DNA from: Chlamydiota bacterium | Lineage (GTDB): Bacteria; Auribacterota; JACPWU01 | Assembly: GCA_016196885.1 (NCBI GenBank) | Contig: JACPWU010000013.1 | Location: forward strand, 1-27,389 | Length of the DNA: 27,389 bases | Direction: 5' to 3' | In this document: positions 15,903 to 25,159 of the stretch, one piece after another | How positions within the stretch are numbered: position 1 is the first letter of the stretch | Layout of the letters: the number at the start of each line of letters is the position of its first letter | Program-made: the position numbers and the translations under genes | Notes under the pieces: model-generated | The model's input: the letters and a program-made list of their open reading frames with translations, nothing else | Database searches by the model: none | What the model was told of the DNA's origin: nothing

Positions 15903-17234
15903 CTATCTTTTCTCCAATATCATCTTCATCCCATATTTCGGTCGAAGGGTGATGCCGGGTTGGAGGCCGATAGGGTGTCCGGGGGCAAGGCGCATTTTCC
16001 ACTTTTGAGCGAGGGTTGCCATGAGTAAAATTTCCTCCATCCAGGCAAAGTGCTCCCCGATGCAAACTCTTCCCCCTGCCCCGAAAGGAAAATAGGCGAA
16101 TTTAGGTCTTTGAGCTTGGGCCTCCGGTGTCCATCGCATGGGATCAAAACGCCAGGAATCAGGATAATATTTTTCGCTGTGGTGTATGACAAATGGGCTC
16201 ATGGCAACAATGGAGCCTCGCGGAACTCTGTATCCTCCGAGTTCGCATTCGTCAATGGCTCTTCTTCCAATGGCCCAGGCGGGAGGATAAAGGCGCATGG
16301 ATTCTGAAAAAACCATATAGAGATATTTCAATTTTTCCATGTCTTCATAAGTGGGAAGTCTATCGCCAAGCACCTCCTTTAATTCTTGGTGGAGTTTGGC
16401 TTCTGCCTGCGGATTTTGGGAGAGAAGGTACCAAGTCCAAGTGAGGGCATTGGCCGTGGTCTCATGACCTGCCAAGAAAAGGGTCATGGCCTCGTCACGC
16501 ACTTGTTGATCGTTCATGCCCTCCCCATTTTCTTGGGCAGAAAGAAGCAGCGAAAGTAAATCCCAAGAATCATGTCTTTCTTTTCTTCGTTCCTCAATCA
16601 TTTTCTGAATAATTTTATCCAGCGTCTCGCGGGCCTTCAGGGCCTTGTGAATTCCAGGAAGCGGCAGCTTCTCTAATAAGTCAGAGATGGGAAGAAGCAT
16701 CATTCTAAAGGCATTCACCAAGGTGGTCATTGCCTCGCCAACCTCTTTCGCTTCTTGATCCACGTCTCGGTTGAAGAGGGTTTTCCCAACGACCAAGAGA
16801 GTCAGCCTTGCCATTTCCTGAGACATGTCCAGGATCGAAGCATTTCGCCATGCCTCACGTATGCGTACGCCATATTCCACCATGATAGAGGCATAGCGCT
16901 CAATGTTCTGTCTGTGGAGAATAGGTTGAATCAGGCGCCGCTGTTTGAGATGAAGCTCTCCCTCGCTGGTTAGGAGGCCTTCTCCCAACAATTGCTTGGT
17001 CCGTTCCAGCGCTTCACCCTTGATGAAATTTTTCTGATGCGTGACAAGAATATCTTTGATTTGTTCGGGGTGATTTGTAAAAAAAACATGCCGAGGGCCT
17101 GCCTTAAAATGAATGAGGTCTCCGTATTTCGTAACGGACTTCATTAGGAAACTGATGGGATCTCGAAGCAATTTAATCAATCCGCTTCCGGGAAAAAGAA
17201 ATTTGGGACCGGGAGGAAATTTTGGATTGGACAT
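15903..17234 (-). CDS. Cytochrome P450 monooxygenase, 443 aa
   Basis: Heme-binding loop FPFGAGGRVCIGEHFA (FxxGxRxCxG), I-helix LAGHETT, and K-helix ESMR (ExxR). Confidence 0.85.
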   Translation of the reverse strand: MSNPKFPPGPKFLFPGSGLIKLLRDPISFLMKSVTKYGDLIHFKAGPRHVFFTNHPEQIKDILVTHQKNFIKGEALERTKQLLGEGLLTSEGELHLKQRRLIQPILHRQNIERYASIMVEYGVRIREAWRNASILDMSQEMARLTLLVVGKTLFNRDVDQEAKEVGEAMTTLVNAFRMMLLPISDLLEKLPLPGIHKALKARETLDKIIQKMIEERRKERHDSWDLLSLLLSAQENGEGMNDQQVRDEAMTLFLAGHETTANALTWTWYLLSQNPQAEAKLHQELKEVLGDRLPTYEDMEKLKYLYMVFSESMRLYPPAWAIGRRAIDECELGGYRVPRGSIVAMSPFVIHHSEKYYPDSWRFDPMRWTPEAQAQRPKFAYFPFGAGGRVCIGEHFAWMEEILLMATLAQKWKMRLAPGHPIGLQPGITLRPKYGMKMILEKR

Positions 17235-17271
17235 GTTTCACCCCTCAAGTGAAATTAGGATTTCTCACTCC

Positions 17272-17300
17272 GAGCACCCCGACATAACGTCGGGGTGCTC
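17272..17300 (-). terminator. Strong GC-rich hairpin (12-bp perfect stem) downstream of groEL; terminator-like but lacks a U-tract
   Basis: GAGCACCCCGAC (17272-17283) pairs with GTCGGGGTGCTC (17289-17300). Confidence 0.4.
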
Positions 17301-17330
17301 TTCGTTCGAAATGACACTATCAAGGGGTTT

Positions 17331-19004
<1,674 letters not shown>

Positions 19005-19019
19005 TTAGACCTCGAAGGG

Positions 19020-19053
19020 TCGTCCCGAGGAACGATCGCTACGCTCGGGATGA
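19020..19053 (-). other. Stem-loop in the unusually long (89-nt) groES-groEL spacer
   Basis: TCGTCCCGAG (19020-19029) pairs with CTCGGGATGA (19044-19053): 10 bp including one wobble. The loop contains the CGATCG palindrome. Flanking mini-hairpins are GACC..GGTC and ATGAC..GTCAT. Confidence 0.4.
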
Positions 19054-19066
19054 CATGAAACGAAGG

Positions 19067-19354
19067 TCATTTCACAACTGCTAAAACTTCTTCTTCTCGA
19101 AGAATTAAAAATTCATCGTCGCCGACCTTGACTTCTGTTCCAGAATATTTTCCGATGAGAACCTTGTCCCCTTCCTTCACTTGAAAGGGAATGGCTTTCC
19201 CTTCATCGGACACCTTGCCGTGCCCCAAAGCCACCACCTCAGCCTCCATTGGCTTTTCCTTGGCTGTATCTGGGATAATAATTCCACCCTTCTTGACTTC
19301 CTTCTCTTCAACCCTCCTGACGAGAATTCGATCTGCTAAAGGTTTGACCTTCAT
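19067..19354 (-). CDS. groES: Co-chaperonin GroES (Hsp10), 95 aa
   Basis: [19 protein letters not shown]...[23 protein letters not shown]. The gene starts 20 nt after the dnaK stop. Confidence 0.95.
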   Translation of the reverse strand: MKVKPLADRILVRRVEEKEVKKGGIIIPDTAKEKPMEAEVVALGHGKVSDEGKAIPFQVKEGDKVLIGKYSGTEVKVGDDEFLILREEEVLAVVK

Positions 19355-19374
19355 TGTTTAACTCCTTTCATTGA

Positions 19375-21303
19375 TTATTTTTTCTTTTTCTTATCATCCA
19401 CCACTTCGAAATCCGCATCAATGACATCTTCTTTTTTCTCATCCTTCTTCTCTTCGGCTTGAGAATTTTGCTCGTGAGGTTGTTGCTGGTCATGAGCGGA
19501 GGAAGATGCCTTTTGATACAAATCTGTGGAAATCTCCTGCCAAATTTTCATCAATTCATCGGTCTTTGATTCAAGCTCACCCTTTTCATCAGAGTTTAAG
19601 ATGTCCCTTAGGCTCTTAATCGCATTTTCAAGACGCTCTTTATGTGCATCTGAAATTTTATCCTTTTGTTCTTTGACGAATTTCTCACTTTGATAAATGG
19701 CATTGTCGGCCTTGTTTCTCGCTTCAATCACTTCCCTTTTCTTTTTATCTTCGCCAGAGAATTTCTCTGCATCCTTCACCATGTTCTTGATTTCATTCTC
19801 TGTCAAGCCGGAGTTAGCCTGAATGGTAATTTTTTGTTCCTTCCCTGTCCCCAAATCCTTGGCAGAGACATGAAGAATGCCGTTGGCATCCAGGTCAAAA
19901 GTGACTTCGATCTGAGGAACCCCTCTGGGAGCCGGCGGAACACCGACCAATTGAAATCGGCCGATGGTTTTATTGTCTCTGGCCATTTCACGCTCTCCTT
20001 GAAGCACGTGAATCTCTACACTGGTCTGGCCGTCGGCCGCCGTGCTAAAAATTTCACTTTTCTTCGTGGGGATGGTGGTATTGCGATCAATGAGTTTTGT
20101 CATGACGCCACCCAGTGTCTCAATTCCCAAGGAAAGCGGAGTCACGTCCAAAAGAAGAACATCCGTCACTTCGCCCTTCAGAACACCTGCCTGAATCGCG
20201 GCACCCACTGCTACCACTTCATCTGGATTCACGCCCTTATGGGGTTCTTTCCCAAAAAGCTCTTTCACAATTTCCTGAACTTTGGGCATGCGGGTTTGTC
20301 CGCCGACCAAAATGACCTCATTGATATCTGAGGGTGTCTGCTTCGCGTCTTTCAAGGCCTGCTTCACAGGAGCAATGGTTCTTTGAATGAGGTCATCTAC
20401 CAATTGCTCAAGCTTAGAGCGGCTTAATTTAACGCTCAGATGTTTAGGGCCCGAGGCATCGGCCGTGATAAAAGGTAGATTGATCTCGGATTCCTGAGCA
20501 CTTGAAAGCTCGCATTTCGCCTTCTCGGCTGCTTCTTTGAGTCGCTGCAAGGCCATCGGATCTTTTCTTAAATCAATGCCATTTTCTTTTTTAAATCCAT
20601 CGGCCAGCCAATCCATAATTTTCTGATCAAAGTCATCACCGCCCAAATGAGTATCTCCATTGGTGGATTTTACTTCAAAAACACCTTCACCAATTTCAAG
20701 AATGGAAATATCAAAGGTTCCGCCTCCCAAATCATACACGGCAATTTTCTCGTCCTTCTTTTTATCTAAGCCATAAGCCAAGGAGGCAGCCGTGGGTTCA
20801 TTGATGATGCGAAGTACTTCTAAACCTGCGATGCGTCCTGCATCCTTGGTTGCTTGGCGCTGGCTATGATTGAAGTATGCAGGAACAGTGATCACCGCTT
20901 GGGTGATTTTTTCTCCCAAATAGGCCTCTGCATCGGCTTTTAATTTCTGGAGAATCATAGAAGAAATTTCGGGCGGAGAATAAACCTTGTCCGTAATTTT
21001 GACATGGGCGTCGTTGTTGGTGGCACTCGCCACTTGATAGGGAACCAATTTGATTTCGTTTTGAACCTCGGAGAATTTTCTTCCCATGAAACGCTTGATG
21101 GAAAAAACGGTATTATTGGGATTTGTGACAGCTTGTCTTTTGGCTGTAAGTCCCACGAGGCGTTCTCCCCCTTTAGTGAAACCAACCACGGAAGGCGTTG
21201 TTCTCCCCCCTTCTGAATTTGGAATCACCACCGGCTCTCCACCCTCTAAGATGGCCACGCAAGAATTGGTTGTTCCAAGATCTATCCCAATAACTTTACC
21301 CAT
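19375..21303 (-). CDS. dnaK: Molecular chaperone DnaK (Hsp70), 642 aa
   Basis: [22 protein letters not shown], and an acidic/Lys-rich C-terminal tail. I start at the ATG at 21303. The track ORF begins at a TTG that lies inside the promoter motif. Confidence 0.95.
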   Translation of the reverse strand: MGKVIGIDLGTTNSCVAILEGGEPVVIPNSEGGRTTPSVVGFTKGGERLVGLTAKRQAVTNPNNTVFSIKRFMGRKFSEVQNEIKLVPYQVASATNNDAHVKITDKVYSPPEISSMILQKLKADAEAYLGEKITQAVITVPAYFNHSQRQATKDAGRIAGLEVLRIINEPTAASLAYGLDKKKDEKIAVYDLGGGTFDISILEIGEGVFEVKSTNGDTHLGGDDFDQKIMDWLADGFKKENGIDLRKDPMALQRLKEAAEKAKCELSSAQESEINLPFITADASGPKHLSVKLSRSKLEQLVDDLIQRTIAPVKQALKDAKQTPSDINEVILVGGQTRMPKVQEIVKELFGKEPHKGVNPDEVVAVGAAIQAGVLKGEVTDVLLLDVTPLSLGIETLGGVMTKLIDRNTTIPTKKSEIFSTAADGQTSVEIHVLQGEREMARDNKTIGRFQLVGVPPAPRGVPQIEVTFDLDANGILHVSAKDLGTGKEQKITIQANSGLTENEIKNMVKDAEKFSGEDKKKREVIEARNKADNAIYQSEKFVKEQKDKISDAHKERLENAIKSLRDILNSDEKGELESKTDELMKIWQEISTDLYQKASSSAHDQQQPHEQNSQAEEKKDEKKEDVIDADFEVVDDKKKKK

Positions 21304-21367
21304 AACTTTTTCCTTTTTGTTTGGAGAATTTCTTTCACCCGATGCAGAATGACTCAAACGGATAGTA

Positions 21368-21383
21368 AGCAATATATATGCCA
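21368..21383 (-). promoter_or_regulatory. Sigma-54 (RpoN) -24/-12 promoter candidate for dnaK-groES-groEL
   Basis: The minus strand reads TGGCAT-ATATA-TTGCT, against the consensus TGGCAC-N5-TTGCW. GG and GC are at the exact spacing. The site is about 65 nt upstream of the dnaK ATG and correctly oriented. Confidence 0.65.
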
Positions 21384-21476
21384 ATATTTAATTAAATCGT
21401 AATCTCTTGAAGATAAATAGGTTATATCCATAACTTGTTTTAGATTTTTTGCATCGCCATTGAGAAAGAGCCAAAA

Positions 21477-21504
21477 TGTCTCTATTTTATTGAGACACTC
21501 TGTC
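21477..21504. promoter_or_regulatory. Inverted repeat TGTCTC-N9-GAGACA plus an adjacent TGTC; candidate enhancer (UAS) for a bEBP
   Basis: TGTCTC (21477-21482), 9-nt AT spacer, GAGACA (21492-21497), then CTC and TGTC (21501-21504). It lies 93 nt upstream of the -24 element, and the intervening DNA is AT-rich. Confidence 0.4.
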
Positions 21505-21534
21505 CCTGTAGAATCCGTCATGTTCTTTTTTATT

Positions 21535-21621
21535 GTAGCCGCCCGATTGATCGGGCAATCGTAGTCGCCCGATTCATCAGGCAAATCCATGCAAGGACGG
21601 CCCCATAAATGGGGCGACTAC
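21535..21621. repeat. REP/BIME-like cluster: two direct units plus one inverted GTAG-headed palindromic unit
   Basis: GTAGCCGCCCGATTGATCGGGC (21535-21556), GTAGTCGCCCGATTCATCAGGC (21561-21582), and inverted GCCCCATAAATGGGGCGACTAC (21600-21621). The last unit plus the flanking AAATT is identical to 14378-14404. Confidence 0.8.
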
Positions 21622-21725
21622 AAATTCTTCAAAAGCGCTTGCAACGTAAGTAAAAAGCCATTTAAAAGTCTTTACATTCCCTAAATTAGGCTTAAAACAG
21701 GTATTAGGATCACTATTTTAGGCCT

Positions 21726-22532
21726 ATGAAATATCAAAGACTGCTAAAAAAAGAGATTTCTGAAAGATTTTTTTCGGGTAAAGCTATCATTGTTACCGGA
21801 GCCCGGCAGAAAGGGAAAACCACCCTTGTCCAGGAAATCATCTAAGAAGTTGGCGTAGAAAAGTGTAGAGTTTTTAACTGCGACAACCCATCAGAGCGCT
21901 CTCTTTTGACCGATAGAGATCTCGAATTTCTCCTTCAAGTGATTGGAGATAGCAAACTTATTTTAAGGAACTCCATGAAAGTTATCTCTACAAAGACATT
22001 TTAGAATTCCAGAAAATTAGAAACTCCGAGACAGTTTTTAAACTTGTAAAGGCGCTCTCGCTCCAAATAGGTTCCGAGGTTTCTTATACTGAATTATCAA
22101 GTTTGATTGGCATAGATAAAAGATCCATCGAGCATTCTATTGATCTCCTAGAAAAATGCCATGTTGTTTTTCATCTTGCTCCTTATGCGAAGAACAAGCG
22201 AAAGGAAATCTCAAAACTCAAAAAAATCTACTTCTATGATTTAGGAATTCGAAACGCACCGAAACGACGCCGGTGCATTATGGGAAAACTACGTGATTTT
22301 AGAAAGACTTAAATTTCGAAATTACCATCGCATCGAAGCCGATCCCTATTTCTGGAGAACTTATGATGGCAGTGAAGTTGACCTTGTTAAAGAAAGGGAA
22401 GGAAATCTTTTTGGTTACGAAATAAAATGGTCTGGACGCCCTCGTCTCCATCCTCCCTTAAAATGGCAGGAATACCCCAACAGCTCTTTTCATCTCATTG
22501 ATAAAAACAAACTTGTAGATTTTATTTTGTAG
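21726..22532 (+). pseudogene. Decayed AAA+ ATPase gene (AAA_14 / DUF4143-type)
   Basis: The N-terminal fragment MKYQRLLKKEISERFFSGKAIIVTGARQKGKTTLVQEII (Walker A GxxxGKT) ends at a stop at 21843-21845. Family-like segments then continue in other frames: ...NCDNPSERSLL...VIGDSKLI; ...YLYKDILEFQKIRNSE...GSEVSYTELSSLIGIDKRSIEHSIDLLEKCHVVF...KIYFYDLGIRNA; ...GALWENYVILERLKF...YFWRTYDGSEVDLV. The total span is about 0.8 kb. From memory, intact members of this family are about 1.2 kb. So the gene carries frameshifts, stops and internal deletions. Confidence 0.75.
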
Positions 22533-22561
22533 AAGGGACATCTCTCTCCCACCTCAATTTA

Positions 22562-23173
22562 TTAACTTTCGTTAACGCACTTAATTTCCTTCTTCAAACG
22601 AGCGAGGTGATGTGCATTCAAACCTAATTCTGGAATTTCCTGGTATGTATTGAGAAGTGTTCGGAACGTTAAAACCGCTTTGGTAAGCCCGTATGTTTTC
22701 ATCAAATCAGTGGCCTCCCCCAGATGAGAAACCCCAGATTGGAGAAGGGCTAGACAATCAATGAAATCCTTCTCTCCCTTTGAAGTTCGAGCCCGCTCTG
22801 ATAAAGCATATAATTTAAGTGCCAACAAGTAATCAGCATCTAAAAGTGTATACCCTTCGATTTCTCGCTTTTTGTCGTAAAGGATGTGGACAGGAATGCC
22901 GAGTTCGGAAAAATGCGGGAGATAAATATCAATCTGGACGTTTCCCTTCACGGCTTCGTATTTCTTAAGGCGTTCATTTTTAATGAGCTGATAATGCTTC
23001 GCAACGTTGGGAAGTTGATCGAAATTGATGATGATATCAATGTCTTTGGATTTTAACGCCTTCGTGTATAGATAAACGGCCCATCCCCCTATTAAGATAA
23101 AATCTAGTTTTTTCGAAAGCGTTTGCAGTTCTTCCCAACTTTGCTGAGTGACGAGATCATGATAATAGGCCAT
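22562..23173 (-). CDS. Nucleotidyltransferase-fold protein, AbiEii/DUF1814-like candidate toxin, 203 aa
   Basis: IGGWAVYLYTKALKSKDIDII fits the minimal NTase motif hG[GS]-x9-13-Dh[DE]h. A second acidic strand is VQIDIY. KLYALSERARTSKGEKDFIDCLAL resembles the Pol-beta/AbiEii motif III (KLxAxxxR....D..D). AGGAGA RBS. The gene overlaps the upstream gene by 17 nt. Confidence 0.55.
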   Translation of the reverse strand: MAYYHDLVTQQSWEELQTLSKKLDFILIGGWAVYLYTKALKSKDIDIIINFDQLPNVAKHYQLIKNERLKKYEAVKGNVQIDIYLPHFSELGIPVHILYDKKREIEGYTLLDADYLLALKLYALSERARTSKGEKDFIDCLALLQSGVSHLGEATDLMKTYGLTKAVLTFRTLLNTYQEIPELGLNAHHLARLKKEIKCVNES

Positions 23174-23756
23174 TCATTTTCTCCTGTAGCGCTTGAGTAA
23201 AATCCCTGCCGTACCAGTCACTCAGGCTCCAAATATCAACAAAGGTTTGAGCAAGGGTTGTCCAAGAACCGTATTCTCTCATCTCAGGTGCCATTTTAAG
23301 AGCAAATGTGTTTCGAGGCTCCTTCAAAGAAGGAGGAAACCGGCGTTGGAAAGCCGATAAATCACTGGGTGAAACGTAAAAGTAGACGCGACTGTAGTCC
23401 GCTGGGGACTCTCCAAGCCATTGCCTAGCAGCACGGTAGGTCGCGTAAATACTGCCAGGAATAGCCATCCCTTCAATTTCTCTTGTGGACTGATTCAGAG
23501 TTGTAGAATAGAGAATATCTCGGTTGAGAGATCGAATGCTGGCCCAGAAATAGAGGAGTTTCCTAAAATCGTGCAACACGAAAAACTTCCCGGCCTTGCG
23601 GATAGCCCCCATTTGGCTTGGAGCCTCAAGGGCGTGATGAACCGTGCTTAAAGAGTAACGAAATTTTCGGGCCAAATCTTGCTGGGTATGTTGGAATCTC
23701 TCATGTGTCAGAGCTTCGTGTAAAACATAATGCCAAATTGTTTCGATTTTTTTCAT
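23157..23756 (-). CDS. Winged-HTH DNA-binding protein, AbiEi-like candidate antitoxin/regulator, 199 aa
   Basis: HTH-like segment TQQDLARKFRYSLSTVHHALEAPSQMGAI followed by a C-terminal domain of about 120 aa. I start at the ATG at 23756, because a consensus promoter lies inside the longer track ORF. Confidence 0.5.
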   Translation of the reverse strand: MKKIETIWHYVLHEALTHERFQHTQQDLARKFRYSLSTVHHALEAPSQMGAIRKAGKFFVLHDFRKLLYFWASIRSLNRDILYSTTLNQSTREIEGMAIPGSIYATYRAARQWLGESPADYSRVYFYVSPSDLSAFQRRFPPSLKEPRNTFALKMAPEMREYGSWTTLAQTFVDIWSLSDWYGRDFTQALQEKMNGLLS

Positions 23757-23765
23757 TATTTTATG

Positions 23766-23794
23766 ATTATATTTCGATAAAGATCGAAAGTCAA
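23766..23794 (-). promoter_or_regulatory. Near-consensus sigma-70 promoter with an operator-like inverted repeat in the spacer; apparently leaderless transcript
   Basis: The minus strand reads TTGACT (23794-23789), a 17-nt spacer, then TATAAT (23771-23766). The spacer is essentially the inverted repeat TTTCGAT-CTTT-ATCGAAA (23772-23789). Only 9 nt separate the -10 box from the ATG, and there is no Shine-Dalgarno sequence. Confidence 0.65.
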
Positions 23795-23815
23795 TATCTT
23801 TGTTCTTGTGCTGCA

Positions 23816-25159
23816 CTAGAGAGAATATTCTTTAATCTTTCGGTGGAGCGTTCTTCGGCTGATACCCAGAAGATGGGCGGTTTTGGTTTTATTAAAATGG
23901 TTGGCATTGAGGGTTTGTAGGATCAATGTTTTTTCTGCCTCTTTGATGGGAAGTCCAGGGCTTAAAAAATGAGCGGATCCCTTGTTCAGATTTTTTAAAT
24001 GAGGAGGAAGATCCGAGGTCCCAAGTTCTTGCTTTTTCGCCAGCACCACCATGCTCTGAATACAATTTCTCAGTTCTCGAACATTACCAGGCCAGTCGTA
24101 CGCCATCAGGGCTTCTATCACTTTTGGAGAAATGACCGAAACATCTTTGTTATTCTCACGAGCTGCCTCTTTTAAAAAATGTTGAATGAGAAGTGGGAGG
24201 TCCTCTTTTCTTTCCCTGAGAGGAGGCACTTGAATAAAGACCACATGAAGACGGTAATAAAGGTCTTCTCTGAACAAACCCCCTTTTACTTTCTCTTTTA
24301 ATTCTCGGTTGGTGGCAGAAATAACGCGCACATCGGTCTTGAGTGTTTCAAGCCCCCCGACCCTTTCAAATTCTCCCTCTTGAAGCACCCGCAGCATCTT
24401 CACTTGAATGCTGGGACTCACCTCTGAAATTTCATCTAGGAAAAGCGTTCCTCCATCGGCTCTTTCGAATCTTCCGATGTGCCTTTCATGAGCACCCGTG
24501 AAGGCACCCTTCTCATGCCCAAAAAGTTCACTCTCCAAAAGATTTTCAGAAAGGGCCGCGCAATGAACGGCCACAAAGGGCTTATTTTTTCGGGGGCTCA
24601 ATTGATGAATCGCATGGGCGATGAGTTCTTTTCCCGTTCCGCTTTCTCCTTGAATGAGAACCGTCGCCTTGGTGGGAGCCACTTGCTGTACCAGCTCATA
24701 AATTTCCTTCATTTTTGTGCCTTCACCAATAATATTTTCAAAGCCTGACTTTTTATTGAGCTCTTCTTTCAAGAGACGATTTTCATTCTCCATTTTTTTA
24801 ACTTGCAAGGCTCTTGCGAGAATGATTTCAAGCTCGTCTAAATTGACCGGCTTTGAAAGGTAATCATAAGCCCCTTTTCTCATGGCTTGCACGGCGGTTT
24901 CAATGGAACCATAGGCTGTGAACACCACCATCTTAAGATTTTCGTCTTCTTTTTTTGCCTCTTCAATCAATTGAAGTCCCCCCATCCCTTTCATTCTTAG
25001 GTCCGTGAGCATGAGATCCATGGAGTTTTCTTTTAAAATTTTAAGAGCTTCGAGACCTGTCTGGGCAAGAAAGACCTCATACCCCAAGGGACGCAAAGCC
25101 CTTGCCAATCCCTCTCGAGTGTTGATCTCGTCATCCACAATTAAAATTTTAGAGTTCAT
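23816..25159 (-). CDS. Sigma-54-dependent response regulator (NtrC family bEBP: REC + AAA+ + Fis-type HTH), 447 aa
   Basis: REC domain (ILIVDDE...DLMLTDLRMKGMGG), Walker A GESGTGKE, the sigma-54 contact loop GAFTGA, and the C-terminal HTH KTAHLLGISRRTLHRKIKEY. I start at the ATG at 25159, with AGGTGGA upstream. The gene overlaps the kinase gene by 11 nt. Confidence 0.9.
   Translation of the reverse strand: MNSKILIVDDEINTREGLARALRPLGYEVFLAQTGLEALKILKENSMDLMLTDLRMKGMGGLQLIEEAKKEDENLKMVVFTAYGSIETAVQAMRKGAYDYLSKPVNLDELEIILARALQVKKMENENRLLKEELNKKSGFENIIGEGTKMKEIYELVQQVAPTKATVLIQGESGTGKELIAHAIHQLSPRKNKPFVAVHCAALSENLLESELFGHEKGAFTGAHERHIGRFERADGGTLFLDEISEVSPSIQVKMLRVLQEGEFERVGGLETLKTDVRVISATNRELKEKVKGGLFREDLYYRLHVVFIQVPPLRERKEDLPLLIQHFLKEAARENNKDVSVISPKVIEALMAYDWPGNVRELRNCIQSMVVLAKKQELGTSDLPPHLKNLNKGSAHFLSPGLPIKEAEKTLILQTLNANHFNKTKTAHLLGISRRTLHRKIKEYSL

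Noticed and set aside
21406-21433. Sigma-32-like promoter CTTGAA-N14-ATCCATAA.
   Set aside because: It is on the + strand, pointing away from dnaK towards the REP cluster and the pseudogene. The -10 part is only a partial match to CCCCATNT.
21354-21590. A 78-aa minus-strand ORF upstream of dnaK.
   Set aside because: It is translated across the REP units (giving peptides such as LPDESGDY and CPINRAATI), the inverted-repeat enhancer candidate and the sigma-54 promoter. There is no RBS. It is a typical repeat-derived spurious ORF.
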